This document shows positions 50,031 through 63,198 of a stretch of DNA of 64,000 bases, piece after piece. Position numbers and translations under genes: made by a program. The stretch spans positions 43,340,001-43,404,000 of the forward strand of contig NC_087437.1 of the NCBI RefSeq assembly GCF_036321535.1, given 5' to 3'. Source of the DNA: Camelus dromedarius. Its lineage: Eukaryota. The notes under the pieces were generated by a model. It saw nothing but the letters and a program-made list of their open reading frames with translations. It ran no database searches and was not told where the DNA came from. How positions within the stretch are numbered: position 1 is the first letter of the stretch; each line of letters starts with the position of its first letter.

Positions 50031-51262
50031 ACTTTTTGTTTTGTTTTGATTTTTAGTGTGCTTGTGTCTGAGCAAGCATGTGGGTACTTAGGGTAGATGA
50101 GTTATTTATTTTTTCACCGGTTACTAGTATGAGTTTTCCTGTTCTTACAGTTACCAAGCAAAAAGTGGTACTAGTTCAAATTGATTTATGTTATTGTGAC
50201 AATAGGTTAGTCCTTAGTTTTATTTTTAGAGGTTGATTCATAAGAAATAAATTAGGCTATAACTCCTTTTTTCTATGTCACTTTGGTTATTTATTACTAA
50301 ACTATAGATGTGTTGAAAAATAGCTGGTATGTTATGATCCAGTATACTGAAGAGCGGTGAACTGTGTTCAGTCAGAAGATGAACCCATCCTCTGCTAAGA
50401 AATCTGTGGGAGAAAAGGAAGGTTCATATTATTATTTTTTTTAATGTGATAGTTTTCTGCAAGTAAAATCTGGGAGAAAATATGAAGAAATAAATTGGCT
50501 CCAATATTATTGTTCAGGACAAAATTGTTAAGATAGTAACACCATCCATGGTTACTGAAGTTTGGATGTGTGGACAGATTCTTTGGGGTTGTGGTGGCAG
50601 GGGGTGGAGAGGATTAAACTGATGGAATTGCTAAGATAGTTTTTCTTTGTTAACCTTGATTAGAGTCATGGTTTTGTCAAATGTCTTATGGGCTAAAGAA
50701 AATGAATGAGTTAGTGCCCCCAAAGGCCACCTGGTAGATTACTGGCTGAAGACCAGGGAATGACTGATGCACCTGCAGGACAAGTCAGGTAGATGTGACT
50801 CACCTCAGACACTGACTGGCTCAGGGAGCTGCTGTGTTAAGCTTAGCTCATATGTAAGTGTGAGAGTATCTGCTAAGTTGCCTTTGGTATATACCATCTG
50901 AAATCAAAGGAGATTAACAGGAGCATAAATGTGGCTAGTGTGATGGGTAAGAGTGGCATTTATTAGAAGATCCTCAGAGAATCACAGGAAGTCCTACACA
51001 ACCAAACCTTGAGAAGGACAGACAATGAGGAAGCCTAGGGAATCTTGGGAACAAGAAGGAGAGATACCAGTGATGACCAAAATATGGTGTCTTGGGAGTC
51101 GTGGAATGATCGAATGGAAAAAGAAAGGATCAATGGGCAAAGAGATGAGAAGGCAAAAAAAAATAAAACATTCAAAGGAATGTTAGAGTCATCCAAGGCA
51201 CTCTTAGAACTTGGATTAGAAAGGAACATAAATCAGATGCCAAACTTGTTAGTGCCTGATGG

Positions 51263-51819
51263 TGTTACCCCAAAACGGGGAAGGGAGAAAGCCTGTTCTT
51301 GTCTTGCCCAAAAGAGAAGAATTCATGTGGGAGACAACAGCATTGTGCAGTGGAAGATTTTAAAGATTTTTATTAGCAAAGCAAAAGTACACCTCCAAGA
51401 GCAGGTGGTGGGCTGATGCAAGAGTGGACAGCAAGGTATAAGTGTCCTTGCCTTATACCCTTGCTTAGCGGTGGTCTCTTGATTGACCAACGGCTCTTGC
51501 TGCTGGTGTGCTTGGTCATGCCCATCCCCTTTTGTACGTGCCTTACCTATGATGCACACGGAAAAGCCCACAGGGGATTGTGGGCCTAAACCGCAATGCT
51601 AGTTATATTACAATGAGCATTGGGTCGTGTCCAGTTAGGTACTTGTTGTGACCGTGCAGTCACAGCCATCCAGTCCTGTCTAATTGGTCTCTTGCTGGCA
51701 CTCGTTTAGAGGAGATAAAGCCCCTTATGCTGAAAGTGTGCACATTGCCATCTTCCGGACCATCCTTCCTGTCTTCCACCTTATCTGCCCAGCGCCCCCA
51801 CGTATCTAACTGCCTAGCA
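51263..51819 (-). mobile_element. ERV1-type solo LTR (557 bp), third family in the window
   Basis: TGTTACC...CCTAGCA ends, flanks ATGG/ATGT, minus-strand AATAAA near 51370, CpG-richer than its surroundings. Confidence 0.8.
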
Positions 51820-54570
51820 ATGTAGAGACTAGAAGTTCAGTTAATGGCAGGAGAAAGAAGCTTAGACAAGTAGTGGTTTGGAAGCCCCGTGGTGCAGAGA
51901 AGGGACATGCTTCCCACCACTGGACTGGCAAGTAAATTAAAATGAACCTCCATTAGCAAAACACTTCACAATAAACCACATTTCAATTATGGTCAGAAGT
52001 TAAAAGGAACTGTGGATTAAGGGAATTTGATGACTATAGACGGGGATTTTAAAGACAGTGCATTGGAGAAAGGAAGCAATGAGCAACAGTAGGAAAATGG
52101 CTGTCTTGGGAGTTGAATAAAGATAGCAGGCATCGGAGACAGTTTATTTAGTTTGGCACAAAATTGCAAGTGACTCAGACCCACTGGTGCTTGGGAGGAC
52201 CCCAAGCACTTTAGGAGGAGTCAGATCTGATGTAATTAGTTATTGCTCCTTCTGGCCTTTTCTATTTCCTCTTTCAGAAACATATGATGAGATGATAATT
52301 ACTATCAGATAAATCAATGGAGCTTTCTTGTGATATTTTATTTACTTTCCCTTAATGTAGACACAAATCCCATTAGGCAATGACTAGGTTATTTCTGAAT
52401 AACATCAAGCAGACTCTTAGTGTGCTCCATAAATGTTCATCTCATCTATTTTGCCAAATCTCAAAGGCTTGGTTGGTTTTGACAGATTTTCTTAAGATAT
52501 TTGTCATCCTAGTGTCCTTTTTATAAATGTATATTGTAATTGAGTAAGAATGATTTACTAAATAACAATATAATAAATAAATGCTTCATTCATTGGAGGA
52601 GAAACGTTTAACACCTGAACAATACACAACGCTACTATCAGTGTCAAGGGGAGGTGTGGAAGACATTGGATCATTCTCCAAGAATTTATAATATCATTAA
52701 AGGAAAAAACATATGCACAAGTTAAACAACTATGTATAAATGAACAGTTTTAAATGCATCTTACAATTTACCAGAGTCGGGGAAAAAAAAAATGAATGGT
52801 TTACATTCTGTTGCAGGTAAACCAAAAAATATCTAAGTTGAGCTTTCCACTTTGTTGTTTTATGAAGAGGTTGCAAGAAAATGTAAATAGTAAAGATTTA
52901 TGTTTGAATTATAAGAATTATATTGTGATAAAACTCAAATAGAGATTTTTTTTTTAAATGAAGGACAAGAATTATTTTGAGTAATGATCCACTTCTTGTT
53001 TGACTGCTTAGCTTTCTGGCCCTTTTCTGCAACAGAGATCACATTGTACACTTTATTCCTAGCAGATAAGATTTCCCCTTTATCTTGTATATCCTGGAAA
53101 ACCACATTCTGTAAATAAGGCATAATTTTCTTGTTTTTGATTAAAAACAAGATTTTTATTCTCAAATTGTTTTCTCAGAAGACCTCTTGATGGATCAGCC
53201 TTGATCTGAAAACTAACCTTTGGGCAAGGATCAAATCATAGAGCAGGTTGAGTCCATAGCTTTGCCACCAGCATGTTGTTATTTAAATATCTGGTGAGGT
53301 TGATTTTTCAAATGCAGAAATGTCTCTTTAAAGAAATAAGAGATTATGCATGTCTGTGGCAAATAAAAGAGCATTTAGTGACAACTGATGGTCAGTCTTC
53401 GTTCTAGGTATTTTATTTTCAGGATTTAATTAGGTGCTCATGGCAATCTTGTGAGGTCTTGTTATCTTCATTATATAAATGAAGAAATTGAGGCTAAGTG
53501 GTTATGTGGTCTCTTCTAGACCCCTCCATTATTCACAAACCAAGCTAGCTTTTCAGACCAGCCATCACTCTTAAATTCTGTCCTAAGTTCTCTCCTTCTG
53601 ACAAATTTAACATCTTTTCCTTTTTAATTCCACTGCCTTAATTCAGACCTTCGTCATCTTGCTCAAATCCAGACTAGTTCTGTAGCCTTTCATGATCTTG
53701 CTCATATCAGCTTAATTTACAGTTAAACCATCTGAGGCTTAAAGAAGTTAAGAGACTTGCCTAAGCTCATACAGCTAAAAAAATATGTCAGAGATAGGAG
53801 GTTAGCTGCATCTTAGTGAATGAGACAACAATTCTTACTTAAAATCTTGGGACTTGAATCAATAATAAAAGCCCAATCTGAAACTTTACTTTTATGCAGT
53901 CCAGCATGAAACTATGGATTTTCTACTTGCCCTGAAGGTCAATAGATGCTAGTTTATTGGAACCCAGGAGAAAAGAAAAATCCAATAAAGCTACTCTTCC
54001 ACAAAGTCAGCCAAGTTCCAGCCCCTTGAAGTTCAGAGTGGCTGGTCCCTCTATTATGAAACCATGGCGTCTACATTGCCTCTCGTTCCCACCCCTCATT
54101 TTCCATTAAGGTGATTTTTGTTTTGTTTTCCTTTTTTGTCGTTGTTTTTTGGGTGTTTTTAGTAACCAGGGCACAAACGTTATTAGAATTTGTAAACTAA
54201 AATGAAATATTGAGTTATACTATGAGGGAAGATGGTAACCAATACAGATTTTTATGAATTCCAAAGACATAGCAATCCCTATGAACAAAGACTTCAGAAG
54301 TGCTATTCTGAGCTAGTTTAAAATTCTTAAATATATTTTCAAAGGTAATACCTAATGGAAAATATTGAGCTAGTTGCCAAAATTTCTTGTAGACATGGAT
54401 TCTTTTATGAAAAATTATCATTTATTTGTAAAGCTTTTTGGCTCTTTGCATTAATATTAACCCTTTAAAAGGAATAGTTTCCTCTTTTATGTTATTTTTA
54501 TTTTTTTCCAAACATTTATTATTTTCACTTGCAACTGGCACGAGAATTTTAAGAGCAGGGTCATCTAAGA

Positions 54571-54881
54571 CAAGCGTCAGCAAACTGCAGCCCATAGGTC
54601 AAATCCAGTATGCTGCTTATTTGTGTCTGACCCTCAAGCTAAGAATATTTTTTATATTTTAGATGATTGAAAAAAAATCAAATGAAAAATTCTTCAAGAC
54701 ACAAAAATTATGAAATTCAAATTTCAATGTTCATAAACAAACACAGCCCTGTTCACTTATCACTTGTGGCTGCTTTCATGCCACAATGGCCACATTGAGT
54801 AGTGGAAACAGAGACCCTATGGCTCTCAAAACTGAAGCGTTTAATATCTCGAACTTTGCAGTAAAAATTTGCCAAATCTTG
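54571..54881 (+). mobile_element. MER58B-like hAT-Charlie MITE with intact TSD
   Basis: CAAGCGTCAGCAAACT...AATTTGCCAAATCTTG bounded by a perfect 8-bp duplication ATCTAAGA (54563-54570 and 54882-54889). Confidence 0.9.
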
Positions 54882-56264
54882 ATCTAAGACATTGGTTTTT
54901 AACTCTTCCAAAATTACTTTTAACAGAGGAGACATCTATTTCCCTTTTTTCCAAAATATGAACCTCCTTTGATGGACTTTTTTCAGGTTTCTTTTAAGGC
55001 TAAACATACTCGTTTGTATCAATAAAACTGGTAACTTCAGCCATCAAGATGATTAAAGACTTAATTGCAAGAAATATTTTCTTGAGAGAACACTTTCTAA
55101 ACAGAGGGCTGTGTTGAAAGGATGGTTCTGGAAATTTCATTTTTAAAGAAAAAAGTTGTTCTTCTTCAGGCTATATGTTATAATCAAAAGAACATGAATT
55201 TTGATTCAAATTCCTGGGTAAGATACTCAATCTGTCTTATACATTGAATGGGGGTAATCACATCAACCTCATAGATTTGTTGTGAAGTATAAATATAGTA
55301 AGTTTTATAAGTGAATCAAGTTTTGAGAGTACTGTTCTAACTTGTGATAGATAGTCAGTGCATTTTATTCTTCTCTGTGTCTGCTCAAACACTAGCTGGG
55401 CTATCTGACGTCTTAAGGCAAAAACCAGATCTAGAATCCCATGTAACAGCTCTCACAAAATAGGCTAGGAGTGAGTGGTCGGATTTTATATATATATATT
55501 TTTATGTTTCAAACACTTATTCTGGTTTTGTAGTTTATAAATCCAGTCTCTACACCTGCTTTCCCCTTAAGGACACCATTTTTCATCCTAAGCATGGCCA
55601 TATAGGTGTCTACCTCCTACACTTCCTCATAAGTACCATGCATTTCATGTTTATTGCAGTGTGTTTAATTTGCATTATTTCAGGTTCCTACACTATGGGT
55701 TTAGACATTTCAAGTTAATAAAAACTATAAAAATTATTTCTCTCATTTATTCTAGCATTATAAGGGTAATTACATCTAAGCAGTGTGACACCATTGTGAA
55801 TCTGTTTGGATGACCAGAATTACAATGGCAGATGGCAGCCCGCAGACATTATTATTGCAGTTTATTGTTGCGTTTTCACAAATTTTGAATTAAAATTCTC
55901 AGCTGACAGGATACCACAAGGCTGAAAGAAAGGACCTTTAATGAAGCAACTTGCATAAGCTTTCATGAATCAGCGTATTGATTCTATCATTCTTTTAAGT
56001 CTTATGGTATAAGCCCTGTTTTGTTGTACTACCATGTTTATAACATCATAGCCCAAAAAGGAAGACTTTCCTGCCTTAGTTTTTTACTCTAACATTGGTA
56101 CCTTTGCTTCACCATCCACTCTCATGTGTTTGGCAGTGAGTAGATTAACAAATTGGAGGACTTTGAAGTGATTCTAGTTTTACTCTTTCTGTCTTGAATT
56201 CATATATTTATTTAAATTGTTTAGAAGTGTAAGAGAAATAAAATAATATTTTCCCCTGAAGTAG

Positions 56265-56771
56265 TGTCGACTGAAATAAAATGTACATCCTAAAAGCTGA
56301 GAGTTAATGTTTTATTCGGTGGACATTCTGAGGACTTAAGACCGGGATGACAGCCTCTCAGATTGCTCGGAAGGACTGCTACAAAGTGGCAAGGTAGAAG
56401 CCAGGATATATGAGTTTTTGCAACAAAGACCAGGTAGTTGGAATGTCAAAAGATTACTGTTAATTAAAGAAAACCAGATATCTCAAGTTAAAGAATTTAC
56501 CACTTTTCTATATATGGGAAGGTGCAAAGTTCTGGGCTCACTGAAATCATTCCTTTGATATGCACTTAGCTATCTAGGGCTAGTATACTGTTCGTCCACA
56601 TCCTGAGCTCCTTCAGAGGGCACTGTGGAGGCTGGCAGCAGAGGCTGGGCTGCCTGATTGTCTGCATCCTGAGTTCCCTTGCTCACCGTTGAGGGTGACA
56701 GTAGCGGGTGATGACTTGATGGCCACAACATTCTTTGTTTACTGATATGGCTGACAATATTGTTATTCACA
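56265..56771 (-). mobile_element. ERV1-type solo LTR (507 bp), same family as 47978-48933
   Basis: TGTCGACTGAAATAAAATG...ATTCACA aligns by eye along its whole length to the interrupted copy. Confidence 0.9.
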
Positions 56772-57977
56772 ATGTCATGCATAATCATGTAAAATAAAAA
56801 TCATATGGACACAAAGACATGTACACACATGGAAATATAATACAAGTTTTCTGAATTACCTTGTAAACACAAAATTTCAAATTACGGAACTAGTAACTTT
56901 ATTCCTTTCCTTTCCCATCTGCTTCCTCTGATTCCATACTGCAGCTCCCAGACCATTTAATGAGCAGCAAGACCATCAAGACTGTAGAAGAATGACCAAA
57001 TTTAGGATACATTGGCTCTAAGTAAGGGCATGAGCTATTAGTTATGAGCCCATAATCTTCAGTTAATGTCTTCTGTGACTATCTTAGCTGCTCAGTGCCT
57101 TTTTTGTTTCTTTCTTAATTGTAAGCTGAGTCTTGTTTACTAAGTTTATGAGATAATTCACCTATCAAATGTGAGGTGTTGTGGTATGTACAAATGAAAC
57201 AAAGATTCTGGCTCCCTCAGAGGACAAAAATCAATAGACTTCATGAACTTTAGTGGAGGCTCTAATGGGAAGACATGATTTATCACTGAGCCCAGTTCTC
57301 AATGATGATTAGCAAACAGCAGGTGTACCTTGATCAGATTTATGTATTACAAGTGACTTATTACTGCTGAGAATTAAATATCCAAAGTTTATAAATTTTT
57401 TCATTTAATTAAAAAACAAAGGAAGAGGACAGGGCTAGTATGCAGAAGAAAGCATATAATCTATAACTTCTCTTATCTTTACCATATCACTTAGGAAGCA
57501 ATTGTTAGACATGACCCGCTAATAGCTGCTATACTCGACAAGTGATTCTATACCACCTGGAGCTATTTATTTATATCTAAAGTGTTGGGGTATTGTCCAA
57601 GTGCAATTAGCCTAAGATAGGGCAGTAGAGGCAAATGTCTTCCATTAAAAAATGTAATTGTTCTGTTCAATTATGTAAGAAGGTGTATGTTAGTGTTTAT
57701 ATTTCACAAAGTGAATGCCAGATGCTTTGTTAACATTTCAAAATTTATAAATATGACCCAATAATATAGTTGTTCTGATGTTAAAAATAATACTTCTAGG
57801 GTTAATATTAGGTAAATATAACACTAAAACATAAATTGGTCATTACGTTTTCAAATATTTATTGAGTATCTACTGTCAAACACTGGGGATGCAACAATGA
57901 TTAAGAGAAGGTGCTTATCCTCCAAGAGTGTACTTTCTAGCATGGAAAGCAGAGGAAAAACTGCATCGTGTTTTGAA

Positions 57978-58370
57978 TGTAGCTGAGTGGTCACTAGTGC
58001 TACTCACAAGAAATCCAGTTCTCTTTCCAAGCTCAGAGTAGAATTGCCTCCTCGGTCCCTTGAGGGTAGGTGTGGCCATTTGGACAGTTTTAACAGATTA
58101 AATGTAAGCAGGTGTTCCTCAAGAGCAGAAAACTTAAGAGCTAAACTATAATTACTACAATCCTATCCATCTTTACGGCCTGCTAAGCACAGGAGCACGT
58201 AATTCCCCCAGAACCTCAGTTTGGGTGGCTGAGTTACTAGAACCAGCGGGTCCTTTGCTGGTCTGTGTGGGACATGCACAGCGACCAGCAAACACTTGTT
58301 TGCTGTGTTAAACCACTGAGGCTTTGGAGTTCTTTGAGACTGCAGCGTAACAGCCCATTTGACTGATACT
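57978..58370 (+). mobile_element. Old MLT1 (I/J-like) MaLR LTR next to an L2 3' end
   Basis: GGTAGGTGTGGCCAT...TGCTGTGTTAAACCACTGAGGCTTTGGAGTTCTTTGAGACTGCAGCGTAAC...TGACTGATAC; L2 end CAAATATTTATTGAGTATCTACT at about 57850. Confidence 0.75.
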
Positions 58371-59630
58371 GCTGGTAGCTAGTGTGTGTTAAAATGTCAA
58401 GGAGACACAAATTAGCAACCTCTGAGTATGCTGTTCCAGGCTGTGACAGATAAGATCAGTGAGTCGTTAGTCATTAGCTCGCCTTCTCCAGTGCTATAGT
58501 TTGTCAGGAGGACTAGAACACTTTCCGGATTCGGGGAGCCTCCTACCCCTTTTTCTCTGTTCTGTATCCCATTTGATCAAGTCCTACAGAGAGAGGTATT
58601 GAGAAGAAGTGTCATGTCAGGAGCTTCCAGCATTAGTAATTGGTGTCAGATGTCCTATAAAGGACATCATAAGAGCAGGGTTTAGGGATGGTGATCTGCA
58701 CCCCACACAACTTTCTATCTGATGAAATGAGTAAATCAGTGTTTTGTAAATTTGGCTGATCAACACAATAGCCAGATGAACCCATTTTAAAAGTTGATTT
58801 TTTTTTAAGCAATACTAAACACAAAGAAAACTCAAGCCAAACCGAAAAGTTGTAAGATAAACAGAATAAATCTATTCCCTCACCTAGACTCGAAATCTTT
58901 TTCCAAGAAAGGATTAATGTAAATAGTTTTTGTATGCGTCCAGAAATATGCAATGTATGTATGTATTTGTGTAGCACATGGAAAAATGTATATATAAATA
59001 CTTTTAATCTTTTTTTTGCTGAAATAGATTTATTTATGATACTGTTATACATATTGCATTTTCTTCTTAATATATCTCTATCTGAGGACCTTTTAAAAAT
59101 TCAGATTCCCAGGTCTCCACAGGCTCTGATTGAGTATATCTGGAAGAAACAGCCCAGAAATATTTATATTTGAAAAGCTGACCAGTAATTCCATTGGTCA
59201 GTCATATTGAAAACTTTTGCAGTAGGTAATCTATAAGATCTCTTTCAGCTCCAAGAGTTTTAGATTCTATGTCCTCATAAGTGATAAAATTGTGACAGTG
59301 TCTTTGGTTCTTCATATAAACACCGTCTATTTAATCTTGACAATTAAGTAACTTTGACCTTAGATCTTTTTTGTGCCTTACTTCACTTTTCTTCAAGTTA
59401 GAGAAACATTATGTGGGTTATGCATAATGGGCTTAGAGAAATGAATTATTAGCAGAATATTTTGTAAAAAACATACCTCAAAATGCCAAATATGCACATA
59501 CTAGAAAAATGACAATCCACGATGTAACTCAAAATTTCAGCTGGAAATATTCATCTAACTGTTCTAAGTAGAGCTCAACTGTGTTGGACTCAACCAGTAA
59601 CATTGATTTTCCATGTTCTTCTCCTTTCAG

Positions 59631-59689
59631 CTGAAAAGCATCAAGTTAAATCTGTAGGGAATGAAAACTAAACAGCCCTTAACATGAAG
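59631..59689 (+). other. ZBTB20: Candidate 59-nt 5'UTR exon (tentatively ZBTB20)
   Basis: Long AG-free pyrimidine tract TTTTCCATGTTCTTCTCCTTTCAG| and donor AAG|GTCCGT. Stops in all three frames, so non-coding or UTR. Gene name from recollection only. Confidence 0.45.
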
Positions 59690-62600
59690 GTCCGTGTCCT
59701 ATTGCATTTATCTTGTAGGTTAAAATCATTCATTGATCGCTAATCACCTGTGGTTGTTTACACACAACAGGTTCCCTGGATAGCACAAAACCACAAAGAG
59801 GATTATACATACCGCAGGAAGCAATCAATAAAAAAGGCTCATAATGATCTTCCTGAGAGGAAACTGAAAGATTTTCCCTTTGTGACAGTCTGTATATGTG
59901 TCATAGGATTGTCAAAACAGACATAAGGGTTTACAGCTGACAGAAACATGTTTTTAACATTTGGCTTTCGTATCCACTTGTCTTGTCTCACTATAATGAT
60001 ATTACAAATGAAAAAAAAATTTTTAAATTTATTTCAATAGACTGTGAAATTCTTGCTTTGCATTTTTGCCCAAATAATTATGAAACATGCCATGCGTCAC
60101 CTTTAAAATATTACTGGGTTATTTTTGGTTTTGGTTTTCATTTTTGCCTTCCTTTTGCCTAAAGCATCCACTCAAGTCCACTTTTGCCATCGGAAAGAAA
60201 CTGGATGATATTTATCTTAGTGCTCTTAAAAAGTGGTTCAGTGCATCTTCAAGTCAAAAATGATTATTTGATCTTAAACAAAAAGTACATTGTGTATAAT
60301 CCACTAAAATATATTGAAACCTCTGTTTTGAGCACTGTTTCTAGAAACAGAAAATAAAGTCATGAATAAATTAAAATCACCTTTAACAATTTCACACTCC
60401 AATAGTTGTATCTTGTGGATTCTGTTCTACAGTATACATTATACTTCTTATTGGAGGAATCAATGGAAGCCATTAACTCTATCAGCATGAGTTTGTCTTT
60501 CCTGAGTTTTGTTCTGAAATTTTTAGCACTTGTATAAAACTGCAGGTTTGACATTCTGAAAAGCTAATCTGAAAAAATTAAATTCCAAATGAATGTTTTA
60601 CTCCAGCTCTCAACAACAAGAATGAGGGAGACTAACCTATCTAAGATCACCTGTGTATAGGGAGACAATAGCTCATCTGAAATTCTTTGAGATCTTCCCA
60701 TAATCATATGCTGTTATTTCCTGATTTCATAAAGTAGCCTTATAATTTCTCTCCAGATGATATTTGATAATAACAAAATTCTCATAAAAAGTTAAAGATT
60801 ATTGAATCTCTGTCTGCATTTGTCAACTGGGTGTTCTTGAAACCAGCTGGCTGCTTATTTATAGTAATAAATATTGACTTCTACTGTATTATTTGAATAC
60901 TGACTAGAAATTGCTTTAATGATCACCATTTATTTTCACTGCTGCTGAAACTTCACAATCCTTACTCCATTTTCCATAATTATAGAACATTTATTTAAAA
61001 GTTTTAAATGTTACACTGGGTACAGTTTGATAAAGGGCTTTTGAGAAGCTTTCAGGGGTTAATTATGGGGAGAAAATAGTGGAAGTTGTCTAGCTGTATA
61101 AATGTGTATAGACTTCCAGAGTGAATGTCAATATCTGCGTGCCAGATAGTTTTGCTTGCTGCTCCAATTATGTGAAGATCACAGTATAGAATCATAATTT
61201 GCTCCCCAAACTACCCAGGCCTTCCAAAACATTGCCTAAAATTAAATCTTCCGCTTATGCATGGCTTATGAAAAATTGAATGGCAGTTCATTTTCACAAC
61301 ACATGACAAACATAAAAGAAATTATGAATTAATTTTAAACTCTGCTTAGTGGAGTCTTATCAAATTGATGGCACCCTTTGTCTCACTGAAGTCAGGCATC
61401 AGACTTGATATGCTTAATTAGAATCAGGCATCTCTAAATGTTTTAAAGTGACAGCTTGGATCATCTTATTGGACCCCCCCACTCCCCCCCCCCCCATGGT
61501 TTGAAGCCTAAAACAAAACAATTGGCTTAAAAGGTTGACTGGATATGACTTTCACTTCATGCACTACATTAAGCACATCAAAATGTATTATTATGCTTGA
61601 TGTTCAAATCAACAAAGTCGAAAAGCTTTTGAGAGCTTGTTTAGATAGATGGATGGATAGAGCTAGCTAGCTAGATAGATTAAAAAAGAATGGTACAGGC
61701 TTGTGTGTCCTTGATTCTCAAATGGATTTTCTTTAGTTTCCTTCAAGGGGAAACAAGATGGATTTAGAATTAACTATCCTTCTGTAGCCATCTTTGGGTT
61801 ATTCAGGAGCTAGCTATACATTTGATTAATTATTTAGACTTTGTCTCTCCCATTTTGGCCATTTCACTATTCATTGGACACCATCATCAGCTTCTAATTG
61901 ATACTATACCATGAATACATGTGCATTATCCATCTTATGAACAACAAACTACTCATGAACAACAAACATCCACAGATGCTATGGGACACTGGCTCTTTGT
62001 TCTTAATCAGATGCCAACAATGACAGAGAAAGCTGCCCACTCCTCCACACTGGTAGCACTTTGATGAGCCTTCTTTATCCACTAAAGTATTTTCTTGGGT
62101 TTGGAGTATTTTGTTCCAGGGAAATGTCATAGTCAGGAATATTGGGGGAAATATATATTTATATTTTTATGAGCATATTATATATATACAATTTAGTGTA
62201 GCACTGCCTTTTTTTTTGGCAGCTTGTAATGACTGCTATACTGTTTTAGAGCTAAGAGCTACGGTCAGTCAACTTTAGACTCACATCTACTTAATTAACT
62301 TATAAAAGTAACTCCAGAAAGAGAATCTTACTCTAATGGTGTTGGTTTGAAACAGGATCAAAAATGTAAACCTGAAGTGTATTATTCAATGGAGACCAGC
62401 CTAGTAGCCATTACAGGATGAGGGTGAGTAACCTCAGGTTGGTTCAGATGATCACGATGTAGTTCAGATTTGACTGTATTTCCAGCATATCCCAGTCTCA
62501 AAATAACACCAACAATTACTGAAAGTGTGGCATGGGCTTTATAGTTCAAGATTTAGTTTCAAGAGTTTTTTCGTTTTCCATTTGGAGGGGAGAAAATGCT

Positions 62601-63166
62601 TCCATCCATTCAGAGCAAAATGCAGTCAAAAGAGATGTAACTCGTGCCTATAGGGTAGACCTGTATTTGTTTCCCTTTTCTTTTCATAGTTTATCACAGC
62701 TTCAAATATTTCCTTGCACGACTGATTGTTTTCCATTAAAATAGTAATTGTTGTGACAATGATGAAAGATACCGATCTGGGCATTTGTATATTAATTTAA
62801 TTAAAAATGCAGTTAATTTACTCTCAGTTCTCTTTTTGGACTGACAGTTCAGCATATTCATAGCCCTGAAAGTAATGAAGGACATAAAATATTCTGAAAC
62901 ATTTTTTTCCTTTGGAAGCACTTACATATTAATTACTTTTTAAAAAGAGACCTGTGTACCTCTCTACTCCTTGTAATCCCAGCAAGAGCTTTGCTGAGCC
63001 ACCTATGCTTTCTGTGGATTTCAGAATCAGTTCTTCAGGTTTCACTGGAGCACCTGTCACTCCCACCAGGAAAACGAGCCAGATCAGGCAAGCACTGAAG
63101 GCTAGACGTTAACTTCAGTGAGAGGTCATCCAATCAATTACATTTGAGCTCTTTTTTCTTTCTTAG

Positions 63167-63198
63167 GTACTTGAAGTATCTGATCCTCCTTGAGTTGG
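63167..63198 (+). other. ZBTB20: Candidate 32-nt 5'UTR micro-exon (tentatively ZBTB20)
   Basis: Acceptor CTCTTTTTTCTTTCTTAG| and donor TGG|GTAATA. Gene name from recollection only. Confidence 0.4.

Noticed and set aside
51045..51416. 123-aa + strand ORF
   Set aside because: It runs across an old repeat/LTR junction at 51263 and has a non-ATG start; a chance open frame.
47978..56771. Two same-family, same-orientation LTRs spanning 8.8 kb, suggestive of a full provirus
   Set aside because: The interior is old host DNA (L2, MIR, MER58B, another LTR) with no gag/pol/env or PBS seen. The outer flanks (TCTT and ATGT) do not match, and the first LTR has its own near-TSD and splits a MIR. These are two solo LTRs.
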